Positions 53,524 through 62,929 of a stretch of DNA of 64,000 nt are shown here, piece by piece; the first letter of the stretch is position 1, and each line of letters opens with the position of its first letter. This stretch comes from Candidatus Saccharimonadales bacterium (GTDB taxonomy: Bacteria > Patescibacteriota > Saccharimonadia > Saccharimonadales > EFPC-124). The DNA lies in NCBI GenBank assembly GCA_035457485.1, contig DATIBO010000006.1, positions 14,300 to 78,299 on the forward strand, read 5' to 3'. The notes beneath the pieces were generated by a model, which saw nothing but the letters and a program-made list of their open reading frames with translations, was not told the origin of the DNA and did no database searches. The translations under genes and the position numbers were made by a program.

Positions 53524-54441
53524 TCAAGCTGCGATTTTTTGCAGAGTCAAACTAAGCAAATCCCAGGGGTCTGCGCCTGTGCTTTTGAGTCGTCTGTCGC
53601 ATTGTGCTACTTGGGCGGCAACATTCTTAATTTTATCCGCTCCCAATTTAAGCGCCAAGCTTTGTGATTTTCTTACTACGAAGGGATGAAGTCCAGCTTC
53701 TTTTGCGATTAAATCCGCACTTTTGCCGCCAGATATCGAGACCACGGCAAGCGCATGAACTTGACTCGCTAACAGCCCGAAAAACCGGTACGGATCTTCT
53801 TCTGTTTTTAGCTGATTGATCATCGACTGAACTTTAATTTTATTCGACGACATTGCTGCGTCTAATAGCTCGAATGCGTTACCGTCGGCGCTAGGTTCAA
53901 CCAAAAGTTCAATATTTTTAAGATCGATCTTTGGGTTATAGTTGACTAATTTTTCGATCTCAGAACTTAAGCGCCACTGATCCAGGCCAGCACGGTTAAT
54001 CAAATTCTGCGCCTCAAGACGGCCTAAATCACCGCCAATATTTTTCGCAAAATCCTGCGACCAAGCGATCAATGAACTACCCTCAACAAAATTAAACTCT
54101 TTAAAATCGCTTTTAGACTTTAACTGCTTGTACGTTTTAGTGCGCTTATCAGGCGCAGGTTCAATTATCACGAGAGTGGTTTCTTCGGGAACTACGTCCA
54201 ACCATTCCGGCAAAGCCTCCCACGCGGCCTTATTTTTGGCCAAATCTTTAATTATCACCAATTTAGCTGGCGCAAAAAGAGAAACTCCCTGCAGCAGTCC
54301 GCTAAATTCACGATGGTCAAAAGTCTCACCGTCGACTTTCTCGAGTCCGTGACGACCGTGTTTTTGCACAAAGCTTAAAATCAGCTGCTGTTCAGCTTTA
54401 CTAATCGCAAAGTCATTCTCGCCCGTTAAGGTAATTGTCAT
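53524..54441 (-). CDS. holA: DNA polymerase III delta subunit
   Basis: Size and pattern match (MTITLTGENDF...LVIIKD...; C-terminal helical domain with LLDAAMS). The start is set at ATG 54441, just after the mutM stop. Confidence 0.8.
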   Translation of the reverse strand: MTITLTGENDFAISKAEQQLILSFVQKHGRHGLEKVDGETFDHREFSGLLQGVSLFAPAKLVIIKDLAKNKAAWEALPEWLDVVPEETTLVIIEPAPDKRTKTYKQLKSKSDFKEFNFVEGSSLIAWSQDFAKNIGGDLGRLEAQNLINRAGLDQWRLSSEIEKLVNYNPKIDLKNIELLVEPSADGNAFELLDAAMSSNKIKVQSMINQLKTEEDPYRFFGLLASQVHALAVVSISGGKSADLIAKEAGLHPFVVRKSQSLALKLGADKIKNVAAQVAQCDRRLKSTGADPWDLLSLTLQKIAA

Positions 54442-54449
54442 TGGTTTAA

Positions 54450-55325
54450 TTATACCGGTTTTGGCTGACAGACCGGGCAAATATGAGTCCCTCGCCCGGC
54501 CACCCTGGTTTTAATAATTATCGTGCCGCATCGATTGCACGCTTGTCCCTCGCGCCTAAAAACATTGGCAAACTGTAGATAACTGCCTTTTTGGCCGTCA
54601 GCTCCCACATAATTTCGATCCGTCGATCCACCCATAGAAATGCTGAGGTTTAAGATTTTTCGAAGTTCAGTATATAAAAGTTTAAATTGCTCATCGGTTA
54701 TGTTTTTGACTTTTGTTTCGGGGTGAATTTTTGCGCTCCAAAGCGATTCATCGGCATAAATATTGCCGACGCCAGCCACAACGGTTTGATCGAGCAAGGC
54801 CGCTTTTATATTGCTGTTTGCGCGACGTTTAAATCGCTGAGCAAATTCGCTAGGTGTAAAATTTTTGCTCAACGGTTCGGGTCCGACTTTTTTAAAGAAA
54901 TCCAAGTTCTCCACTTCTAAGGTAGGCAGTAACCGCATCCAACCAAATTTACGCTGATCATTAAAAAATAATTTGGAGCCATCTTTAAAAGTTATTTCTA
55001 CTCGAGTAGATTTATCAGGCAATTTGCCGATTAAACTATCGCTGGGGTGGCCGGCGCCGAATCTAAAATCATCGCTCTTAAAAACTAATTGTCCGGTCAT
55101 TTTTAAGTGGACAACAATGCTGTAGTTATTCTGCAAGTCAATCACCAAAACTTTGGCGCGACGACGCACGGTTTTAATTTTTGCACCAATCAAAAACTGA
55201 TCAACATCTGCCGGGGAGTTTGGAAACCCTCTAGGCCAATCGTGCTTTTCGGCAATAATTTGACGGCCGGGCAAAAATTTGGCCAGCCCGGCTTTGATTG
55301 TTTCTACCTCTGGTAACTCTGGCAT
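54450..55325 (-). CDS. mutM: Formamidopyrimidine-DNA glycosylase
   Basis: MPELPEVETI is the N-terminus. An H2TH region and a C-terminal zinc finger (CNRCGTIIIKTRVAGRGTHICPVCQ) are present. Confidence 0.92.
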   Translation of the reverse strand: MPELPEVETIKAGLAKFLPGRQIIAEKHDWPRGFPNSPADVDQFLIGAKIKTVRRRAKVLVIDLQNNYSIVVHLKMTGQLVFKSDDFRFGAGHPSDSLIGKLPDKSTRVEITFKDGSKLFFNDQRKFGWMRLLPTLEVENLDFFKKVGPEPLSKNFTPSEFAQRFKRRANSNIKAALLDQTVVAGVGNIYADESLWSAKIHPETKVKNITDEQFKLLYTELRKILNLSISMGGSTDRNYVGADGQKGSYLQFANVFRREGQACNRCGTIIIKTRVAGRGTHICPVCQPKPV

Positions 55326-55894
55326 TATAGATACTCTCCTTGCACAGCCGTGCGCCCCATTAATCTACCCGCACGTGGTGATAATTTAGTGCGTTCGTGT
55401 TGGGTTTGAATTTTTTCTGCTAAGGGCATTAGCAGCTCCTCGACTTCAGCAAATGGATCGTCAATCACTGCCAAATCCTGCCTGAATTCATGGTGAACCA
55501 GCTCTTCATAGCCAATCAAAATCGATTCAATCGGCGGCAAAATAATTCCACCAAAATTGCGCGGTTGCCCTACAACCATCATACATTGAGACTGAAGCCC
55601 TTTACTTATTTCTGTAACAATCAGCTCACCTCTCGCGATGCTCTGTTCAACATGCAAAAAATGAGCCCTCACTAAAAGCAAGCGGCTGCGTTCGCCGTTT
55701 TGAGATGTTGTGATTAACGTACGACCGTTGTCTATCCTGGCGTGCAAGCCGGAGTTTCTAGACGACAAATCAATTGCCGTACCTGGTCGGTTCACAAGAA
55801 ATCCTTTTTTATGAACACCCTCGCCACTTTTTAGCGCCAATATACTGCCAGGAGTATCGCGCAGAGATTCATGAATTTTCGGGACCTCGCTCAT
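55325..55894 (-). CDS. Hypothetical protein, 189 aa, translationally coupled inside the dut-mutM operon
   Basis: It has a 4-nt overlap with the HAD gene and a TAATG overlap with mutM. I recognise no domain. Confidence 0.6.
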   Translation of the reverse strand: MSEVPKIHESLRDTPGSILALKSGEGVHKKGFLVNRPGTAIDLSSRNSGLHARIDNGRTLITTSQNGERSRLLLVRAHFLHVEQSIARGELIVTEISKGLQSQCMMVVGQPRNFGGIILPPIESILIGYEELVHHEFRQDLAVIDDPFAEVEELLMPLAEKIQTQHERTKLSPRAGRLMGRTAVQGEYL

Positions 55895-56460
55895 AGTAAC
55901 GCATTAATTTGGCTAATTGCCCCGTCAGTTGATTCAAATAACACAGATTTCATGCCAGCCTCTTGAGCCCCGTCACAATGAGCCCCACTATCATCAACCA
56001 TAACGCACTCGCTCGGTAAAACGCCAAGTTTTTGAGCCACCATTTCAAAAATTAAAGGATTAGGCTTAGCAACTCCAACTTCACCCGAAATCACACTGGC
56101 ATCGAAAAACTTATTGCGCTCATCCGAACTAAAAAATTGATCAATACTCTCGGCATTAATATTGCTAAGCAGCGCAACCTTAATTTTTGGACGCAAACTT
56201 TGCGCAAAATTCAATAACGCCTTATTGCGAACGTATTGGCCGACTATACTTTTACGAACCTCATCGACATCTATACCGCCTATTTCTGCAACTCGCTCGT
56301 TCAATTGTTCCTGAGTAATCTGCCCAAGATCGGATCTGTATTCCAGTTCGCGCAACTGATCTTTCACCTCATCGTAATTTTTAAGATGAGATCTGTAAAA
56401 GTCCTCCCCCACCGGCACATACAGAACACCAAAACAATCTAAAATTACTGCTTTAATCAT
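55891..56460 (-). CDS. HAD-superfamily hydrolase
   Basis: Motif I is a variant ([10 protein letters not shown]). SNINAES and [12 protein letters not shown] are also present. Confidence 0.75.
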   Translation of the reverse strand: MIKAVILDCFGVLYVPVGEDFYRSHLKNYDEVKDQLRELEYRSDLGQITQEQLNERVAEIGGIDVDEVRKSIVGQYVRNKALLNFAQSLRPKIKVALLSNINAESIDQFFSSDERNKFFDASVISGEVGVAKPNPLIFEMVAQKLGVLPSECVMVDDSGAHCDGAQEAGMKSVLFESTDGAISQINALL

Positions 56461-56888
56461 TTGCCGGTGTGTCCAAAACCGCGCTCACCCCTTGCTGTTT
56501 GTGTTAATTCTAACGCCTGATCCCACTCAATTTTTTCATACTTCGTCACAACCATTTGTGCGATCCTCTCGCCATCGTTAACCGTAAAATCCTGATTAGA
56601 TAAATTTATTAAAATAACTCCAATCTCTCCCCTGTAGTCAGCATCAATGGTGGCCGGCGAATTAACAATGCTCAGCCCGTGTTTTAGCGCTAATCCGCTG
56701 CGCGGCCTAATCTGTGCTTCGTAGCCGGCTGGGAGTTCAATATGGAGACCAGTTGGGATCAACGCACGCTCTAATGGCTTAAGCGTGACAGGTTGGTCTA
56801 GGTTGGCAGTTAGGTCAAAGCCTGCCGAATGTTCGGTTTGGTATTGCGGTAATTCGTGCTTAGATTTATTAACAGCTTTTACGATCAT
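56457..56888 (-). CDS. dut: dUTP diphosphatase
   Basis: [36 protein letters not shown] and [10 protein letters not shown] are present. Confidence 0.92.
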   Translation of the reverse strand: MIVKAVNKSKHELPQYQTEHSAGFDLTANLDQPVTLKPLERALIPTGLHIELPAGYEAQIRPRSGLALKHGLSIVNSPATIDADYRGEIGVILINLSNQDFTVNDGERIAQMVVTKYEKIEWDQALELTQTARGERGFGHTGK

Positions 56889-57157
56889 GTTCTGGCTCCT
56901 TGTAGCCGTTTAAGCGCAAAGTCTGACGCAATCACCACAAAAACCAAAGCTAAGCCAGGCACGCAAACTCGGCCCAAGCTGGCACCGCCAAACATTAGTC
57001 CAATCCCCGTTATGATCTGCAGCCCTGTTAAAACAAAGGTTAATACCCTAGCTTTTTGTGTTCTTTTGGCAAAAAACATTTGCCGCGCAAACCTGTAAAT
57101 AATTACGCTAATCAATAAAGCTGCTGTAAAAATATGAATACTTAACAGATCTACCAT
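56885..57157 (-). CDS. Small membrane protein (3 TM helices), first gene of the dut operon
   Basis: A hydrophobic 90-aa ORF that overlaps dut by 4 nt. It has leaderless promoter geometry. Confidence 0.55.
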   Translation of the reverse strand: MVDLLSIHIFTAALLISVIIYRFARQMFFAKRTQKARVLTFVLTGLQIITGIGLMFGGASLGRVCVPGLALVFVVIASDFALKRLQGART

Positions 57158-57163
57158 GGTTTT

Positions 57164-57192
57164 ATTTTAGCTGTAATTGGGTGGGACGGCAA
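57164..57192 (-). promoter_or_regulatory. Promoter TTGCCG-17-TAAAAT, 6 nt upstream of ATG 57157 (leaderless)
   Basis: The minus strand reads TTGCCG (57192-57187), a 17-nt spacer, TAAAAT (57169-57164), aaaacc, then ATG. Confidence 0.55.
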
Positions 57193-57334
57193 GTTTATGA
57201 CTGTACAGCGCTCTGATTACTCATCTATCGCAGGCGATCCGCACAAGCGTAGCGCGGAGGACCTTCGACTGAGAGACAAGAATAAAAGCTGCCGATAATT
57301 AACGTGCTAAAATTAAATCATAAGAGGTTTTAAA

Positions 57335-57604
57335 ATGTCTAAACAATCATCCGACGACTTTTTGCAAAATAAAGATTTTTTCGATGTTAAAAAAGATGAA
57401 CCGCATCTGCCAGGTGACGGTGACACGCCCTTCACACCTTACGACGATCCAACAAGCCCAGCCGTAAATCCGCAAGATCCGCACACTGACTACAAAAGTG
57501 ACATTGACGAAACCGAAGAATATAACGATGGCTTAGAAGACGCGAGCGGCACAGATGACGGCGACGAGACTATTGGTCGCCCAACCGCAAATCGAGTCGG
57601 GTAA
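57335..57604 (+). CDS. Hypothetical acidic protein, 89 aa
   Basis: TGcTAAAAT extended -10 and AAGAGG Shine-Dalgarno lie upstream. The product is Asp/Glu/Pro-rich and probably disordered. Its 3' end overlaps the convergent deaminase gene by 35 nt. Confidence 0.45.
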   Translation: MSKQSSDDFLQNKDFFDVKKDEPHLPGDGDTPFTPYDDPTSPAVNPQDPHTDYKSDIDETEEYNDGLEDASGTDDGDETIGRPTANRVG

Positions 57605-58007
57605 CCTTAATTGGAACCAAGAAGTTTTTGGCGTAATCAGAGGCGCTGTAATTATTAATTCGATACATTCCAGGATCTTGCTCGCTGGCAAGCTTATTAA
57701 AGACTATTCTGTCGATCCCTGCCCAAACCGCGCACGATACACACATACTGCAAGGTTCGTGACTTGCGTATAAAATGCAACCTTTGAGATCTTGAGTGTT
57801 CAAGGCTTTGCCAGCATTTTTTATAGCAGTTACTTCAGCGTGCGCAGATGGATCGTGATTCTCAAACACATAGCCGTGATCAGCCGAGATTATTTTGCCG
57901 TTAGCGTCAGCAACCACTGCGCCAAAATTAAAGGGAGCTTCAACTTCATCCCCCACTTCGATGGCTTTTTTTAAAAGTTGTTCGTCGCTCATTAAAGCTC
58001 TCCCCAA
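57570..58007 (-). CDS. Zinc-dependent nucleoside/nucleotide deaminase (CDA fold; TadA/guanine-deaminase-like)
   Basis: HAEVTAI and HEPCSMCVSCAVW (the HAE...PCxxC zinc site) are present. Confidence 0.85.
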   Translation of the reverse strand: MGRALMSDEQLLKKAIEVGDEVEAPFNFGAVVADANGKIISADHGYVFENHDPSAHAEVTAIKNAGKALNTQDLKGCILYASHEPCSMCVSCAVWAGIDRIVFNKLASEQDPGMYRINNYSASDYAKNFLVPIKVTRLDLRLGDQ

Positions 58008-60541
58008 TTAGCCCCTGTTTTTACATCCACCTTTAATTTAACTGGCAGCTCTGGACAGACTTCTTCCATTACTTTTTGCAAGATCTTCTCAACTTTTGGC
58101 GCGTTTACAGCCGGACACTCTACTAAAATACTGTCGTGAATTTGCAGGATTTGCTGACCTAGATCGCCTAATTCCTCTTCGACACGAAGCATGGCAATCT
58201 TCATAAGGTCAGCTTCTGTCCCCTGGATTGGCATGTTAATTGCAGCACGCTTAGCTGCTTCGCGCACGGCAAAGTTACTACTTTTTAGGTCTGGCGTTGG
58301 GCGACGGCGGCCAAACATAGTTTGCACAAAACCATCGCGGGCGGCTTGCTGCACGATGTCGTCCATGTAAATTCGGATCGGCGCACGCAGTTCAAAATAG
58401 CGTTTAATAAAATCGCGGGCTTCGATCATGCTCATTCCCGTGCCAACACTCAAACCGTGCGGGCTCATGCCGTAAAGAACACCGAAGTTAATAGTTTTGG
58501 CATTGCGGCGCTGGTCTTTGGTAACGTCACTCATGCTCACCCCATAAAATTCGGCGGCAGTTGCAGTATGAATGTCTGCGTCTTTGTTAAATTCTTCGAT
58601 CATCTTTTTGTCATCGGCCAAAACCGCAGCAAGGCGCAGTTCAAACTGACTGTAGTCAGCACTTACAAAAACATTACCTTCGGCCGGTACAAAGGCGCTG
58701 CGAATCGCCTGACCAATCTCGGTGCGAGTAGGAATATTCTGCAAGTTCGGGTTAGCCGAGCTCAGCCGCCCCGTTGCCGCAACATCTAGGCGAAAATCTG
58801 TATGCAACTTACCCTGTTCATCGACCAGTTTTGGCAACGCGTCAATGTATGTACTTTTGAGCTTAGTGTATTCGCGATACTGGGTAATTAAGTCGACGAT
58901 CGGGTTTAAACCACGCAGTTTATCGAGCTCCTTAGCGCCGGTTGAATAACCAGTTTTACCTTTTTTTATACCCATAGTTGGCAGGCCCATAACTTCGAAC
59001 AAAATATTTGCCAGCTGAGTTGGCGACGCAATGTTAAAAGTTTGACCAGCGAGTTCAAAAATCTTCTCCTCGAACTCATTAATTCGTACGGCGAACTTTT
59101 TGCTCATCTGTTTTAAAAAGTCACTGTCGAGCCTTATACCGCGGTGTTCGATTTTAGCCAACAAATCGATCGTCGGGAACTCGACCTCGTGCGCTAACTT
59201 TGTGATTTGCGGCAATTGCTCAAACTGTAGCTTTTGATCGTCATAAGCGCGCCAAATCGCAGCAATAACTTTGCTCGCGTCTTCGACGTCGACAGGCTGT
59301 TCAACTAAATCACTCAGTTCACGCAGGCGCTCAAGGCTGTTTAGTAAAAATGCGCCAATTTTTGTATCATGACCAACTTTGCCAACCCAGGAATAATTCT
59401 TAGCTAGTAATTTGCTTAGTAGATCTTTCAGGTCGTGACCAATAATTTCACCGTGTTGCATAACTTCAACAGCGTCGTCTTCAACACCATTTGCCAAGCT
59501 TATAACTGCGTAAGTTTTAGAATTACCACTCACCCACAATTCATCTCCGGCGGGGCTCAGCGCCACCACGCGTGGCTGTTGGTTTGCCAAGTTAAGCTCG
59601 CTTAAATCTACCCGCTTAGCTGGCTCGAGAACGTTTGCCGGCTCTTCAGCTTGAACTTTATCAGTTTTGCTGAGCTGCGCTTCGGCTTGGCGCAAAAGCG
59701 TTCTAAACTCTAGCTTTCTCAGCATTGCCACGAATTCTGGCGTAACGTTGTCGCTAAGCTTTGCCTTTTCGAAATCAAGTTTTACCGGCGCGTCGACCAT
59801 TAAAGTGACTAGTTTTTTACTTAAAAACGCCATGTCTTTGCTGGCTTCCAACTTCTTTTTAACGGTTGGTTTAATCAATTCAATGTTGTCGTAAACAGCT
59901 TCAAGATTTCCGTATTGTTTAATTAGTTCGATTGCGGTTTTTTCGCCCACGCCTGCTACTCCAGGAATGTTATCGCTAGAATCGCCTTTTAGCGCTTTAA
60001 CATCGATCCACTGGGTCGGCTCTACACTGTATTTCGCTTTAAAGCTTTCTTCGTTGAAAAGCTCAATCTGTGTAAAACCTTTTTTTAAGGTGTAAATATG
60101 AGTATGGGGATTTACCAATTGCAAAACATCGAGGTCGCTGGTTACCAAATAACTCTCAATATCTTTTTCGCCAGCCTGCTTAGCAAAGGCCCCCATAAGA
60201 TCATCGGCTTCATAGTCGTCGGCTTCGTAAAGCGGCCAGCCCAAACTGTTAAGCAAGTCGTGTAGTATCGGTACCTGAACATAAAAATCTGGCGGCGCAG
60301 GCTTGCGGCCGGCCTTGTACTGCGGATAAAGCTCTAACCGCGAGCGGATATTGGTTTTTGGCTTGTCCCATGCCACGCAAACGTAATTCGGCTGCAATTT
60401 TTTAATAATTTCGAGCGCCATTGTAGCAAAACCATAAACTCCACCTGTAGGCGTACCGTCTTTGGTGCTTAAACTTGGCATTGCGTAATACCCGCGATAA
60501 AAAACCGACTTACCATCAATAATAACTAGGCGCTTGCTCAT
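57992..60541 (-). CDS. polA: DNA polymerase I
   Basis: A 5' nuclease domain (LVIIDGKSVFYRGYYA...), the polymerase motifs DYSQFELRLAA, RRNAKTINFGVLYG and QIHDSILVE are present. Confidence 0.95.
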   Translation of the reverse strand: MSKRLVIIDGKSVFYRGYYAMPSLSTKDGTPTGGVYGFATMALEIIKKLQPNYVCVAWDKPKTNIRSRLELYPQYKAGRKPAPPDFYVQVPILHDLLNSLGWPLYEADDYEADDLMGAFAKQAGEKDIESYLVTSDLDVLQLVNPHTHIYTLKKGFTQIELFNEESFKAKYSVEPTQWIDVKALKGDSSDNIPGVAGVGEKTAIELIKQYGNLEAVYDNIELIKPTVKKKLEASKDMAFLSKKLVTLMVDAPVKLDFEKAKLSDNVTPEFVAMLRKLEFRTLLRQAEAQLSKTDKVQAEEPANVLEPAKRVDLSELNLANQQPRVVALSPAGDELWVSGNSKTYAVISLANGVEDDAVEVMQHGEIIGHDLKDLLSKLLAKNYSWVGKVGHDTKIGAFLLNSLERLRELSDLVEQPVDVEDASKVIAAIWRAYDDQKLQFEQLPQITKLAHEVEFPTIDLLAKIEHRGIRLDSDFLKQMSKKFAVRINEFEEKIFELAGQTFNIASPTQLANILFEVMGLPTMGIKKGKTGYSTGAKELDKLRGLNPIVDLITQYREYTKLKSTYIDALPKLVDEQGKLHTDFRLDVAATGRLSSANPNLQNIPTRTEIGQAIRSAFVPAEGNVFVSADYSQFELRLAAVLADDKKMIEEFNKDADIHTATAAEFYGVSMSDVTKDQRRNAKTINFGVLYGMSPHGLSVGTGMSMIEARDFIKRYFELRAPIRIYMDDIVQQAARDGFVQTMFGRRRPTPDLKSSNFAVREAAKRAAINMPIQGTEADLMKIAMLRVEEELGDLGQQILQIHDSILVECPAVNAPKVEKILQKVMEEVCPELPVKLKVDVKTGANWGEL

Positions 60542-60568
60542 GCTCTAATTATACCTGATTACAGAGGT

Positions 60569-61489
60569 TTAAGGTAAATACAAAGCAAGTTCAGGGTAGG
60601 TTTTGCGAATATTTGCAAAGCCTTCGGCCTCGCTCTGCCTCACTCGGGCGTCTGCCATTCTTAATAATTTGGCGATAGCCTTGATTTTAACCGGTTCACA
60701 ACCAATTCCGTGAATCATCCTAATCACACGCTCTTGGCTTGGTGGCAAATTACACAGAGCGTCATCAAGTAGATCCGCCAAAAACACTCGCTCAACTTCG
60801 TCTGTAAAATCTTCGTTCGCGCCAATTAAGTCACCAATTTCACCATCACCGTCTTCGCCCATTTGCATGTTTAGAGAAATCGCATCTTGGCTGTCGAGGA
60901 TAAGCTTCTCGAGTTCGTCTAAGGTCATGTCCATTTCTGCGGCCAACTCGTCATTAGTGGGTTCCCGACCATATTCTTTCTCGAGCTGATTTTTGATTTT
61001 AAACATCTTATTCACCCGCTCAGAAACATGCACCGGTAGCCGTTTCGACTGATTTTGATTTGCAATTGCCCTAGAAATATAGCTGCGGATCCACCAAGTT
61101 GCGTAAGTGCTAAATTTATATCCTTTTGTGTAATCAAACTTCTCGATCGCGCGAACTAGGCCAAAGTAGCCTTCTTGATAAAGATCGGTTTGATCCATGC
61201 CAAGCAAAACTCTACCTCGAAAATATTTACCAGTTGTACTAATGATTAGTCGCATATTAGCCTTCTCAAAACGGCGCTTCGCTAGCTGACCGTCTTTGGC
61301 AATTGCCTCGAGTAAGTCTGGATCCTCGTCATATTCGGACAATTCTAATAAATGCTCGGCATATAATCCGGCTTCTATTTGCTTTGCTAGATCAACTTCA
61401 TCTTGTGGCTTTAACAGAGCTTCTTCGATCCCGCGAATCTGGGACATGTAAAAATTTTGTAGGTCAGGAGTGTTTTTGGATTCAGGCAT
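60569..61489 (-). CDS. Sigma-70 family RNA polymerase sigma factor (second, shorter paralog)
   Basis: Region 2 reads [22 protein letters not shown]. Regions 3 and 4 are present. There is no long acidic N-terminal region. Confidence 0.88.
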   Translation of the reverse strand: MPESKNTPDLQNFYMSQIRGIEEALLKPQDEVDLAKQIEAGLYAEHLLELSEYDEDPDLLEAIAKDGQLAKRRFEKANMRLIISTTGKYFRGRVLLGMDQTDLYQEGYFGLVRAIEKFDYTKGYKFSTYATWWIRSYISRAIANQNQSKRLPVHVSERVNKMFKIKNQLEKEYGREPTNDELAAEMDMTLDELEKLILDSQDAISLNMQMGEDGDGEIGDLIGANEDFTDEVERVFLADLLDDALCNLPPSQERVIRMIHGIGCEPVKIKAIAKLLRMADARVRQSEAEGFANIRKTYPELALYLP

Positions 61490-61579
61490 AGAAAATTAAT
61501 AGCTAAAGATCTCAATTTAATCAAGACTCGTAAATTTGACTTAAAGCCCTAACAGACGTAGAGTAGGTGCAGGTTTTAC

Positions 61580-62296
61580 ATGTCCGATCTTAATCACGTA
61601 GCAATTATTTTAGATGGCAACCGACGTTGGGCCAAGGAGCATGGCTTATCTGGCGATTCATCGGTTTATAAACATGGCGGTTTAGCAATCGCCCCCGTTG
61701 TTGAGGCAATTTACAAAAGCGGCGCTCAATGCATTAGTTTGTGGGTTGGATCTTACTCTAACTTAGTTAACAGATCAAAAATTCTGCTCAAAGCCCTTGA
61801 CCATGCCTACGAAGCTAAATTTAACGAGCTAGCCGACAGCGAAACAATCCGAGAACAACAGGTAAAAATTGAGATCATTGGTGAGTGGCGCGAACTTTTG
61901 AGTGAAAGTTGTGTGGCGGCCGCCGATCGCGCAATTGAGGCGACTAAAAATTTTGCAAAAAGAACTCTGGTAATTTTGGTCGGCTACGATGGTGTTCGCG
62001 AACGCGGCGCAGCAGTACAAAAATTACTCCAACAAAACTCCCCCACTCCATCTGACATATTGCAAGCCGAACAACTTTTACGCTCAAACAGCTGGACAGG
62101 CCATTTGCCAAATGTAGACCTAATCATTCGCACTGGCGCCTGGCAAGATCCACACAACAGCGCTGGCTTTTTAGGATTTTTAACAACCGATTCACAATAC
62201 TCCTTCCCTCCAGTTCTATGGCCAGATTTAACCAAAGAAATGGTAAGCGAAATTTGCGATGATTACTTAAGTCGCGAAAGGCGCTATGGTAAATAA
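61580..62296 (+). CDS. uppS: Undecaprenyl (isoprenyl) diphosphate synthase
   Basis: HVAIILDGNRRWAKEHG and DLIIRTGAWQDPHNSAGFLGF are present. Confidence 0.92.
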   Translation: MSDLNHVAIILDGNRRWAKEHGLSGDSSVYKHGGLAIAPVVEAIYKSGAQCISLWVGSYSNLVNRSKILLKALDHAYEAKFNELADSETIREQQVKIEIIGEWRELLSESCVAAADRAIEATKNFAKRTLVILVGYDGVRERGAAVQKLLQQNSPTPSDILQAEQLLRSNSWTGHLPNVDLIIRTGAWQDPHNSAGFLGFLTTDSQYSFPPVLWPDLTKEMVSEICDDYLSRERRYGK

Positions 62297-62888
62297 ACAA
62301 CGCTTAAAAATTATCGGCCTCTCGGGCACTAACGGTTCCGGCAAAGACGCGATTGGGACCATTTTAGCCGACCAGTTCGGCTATTTTTTTATCAGTGTAA
62401 CAGACGCTTTGCGGGAAGAGGCTGTGCGACGTGGATGGACAGCCGAGCGCAAGTACACAAGCATAGTAAGCACTGATTGGCGGCGCGAATTTGGCTTGGC
62501 AGTTTTAGTGGAGCGTGCTTTGCAAAAATATCAGCAAGCAGGCGGTGACCAAAAATATAAAGGCGTAGTTATGGCTTCGCTTCGCAACCCTTTCGAGGCC
62601 GATAAGGTTCACGAGCTAGGCGGCGTTGTAATTTGGGTAGATGCCGATCCTGAAGTTCGTTATTCGAGAACTGTTAAAAACGTTGCTCTACGGGGTAATC
62701 GTGGCGACGAGTCTGCCAGCTTTGAACATTTTTTAGCCGACGAAGCCGCCGAAATGAGAGCGACCAGTAATGACGATAACGGATTAAATATGTCGGCCGT
62801 AAAACAAAAAGCTGATCTTACGCTTTTGAATAATAGCGATTCACTCAACGAGTTGACTCGAACGATTAAAGATACTTTGCATCTTTAG
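62286..62888 (+). CDS. P-loop nucleotide kinase-like protein (dephospho-CoA kinase/AAA-like)
   Basis: Walker A is IGLSGTNGSGKDAIG. The size is about 200 aa. The substrate cannot be inferred. Confidence 0.55.
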   Translation: MVNKQRLKIIGLSGTNGSGKDAIGTILADQFGYFFISVTDALREEAVRRGWTAERKYTSIVSTDWRREFGLAVLVERALQKYQQAGGDQKYKGVVMASLRNPFEADKVHELGGVVIWVDADPEVRYSRTVKNVALRGNRGDESASFEHFLADEAAEMRATSNDDNGLNMSAVKQKADLTLLNNSDSLNELTRTIKDTLHL

Positions 62889-62929
62889 AATACTTAGTGA
62901 AGTGGAGTCGCTAGGACTCCACTTCAATG

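Noticed and set aside
57180-57300. A slightly GC-richer ~120-nt intergenic stretch between the dut operon promoter and the 89-aa gene promoter, considered as a riboswitch or sRNA.
   Set aside because: I found no match to riboswitch, SRP, tmRNA or 6S consensus elements from memory. Both flanking genes have their own promoters adjacent to their starts. The stretch is left unassigned.
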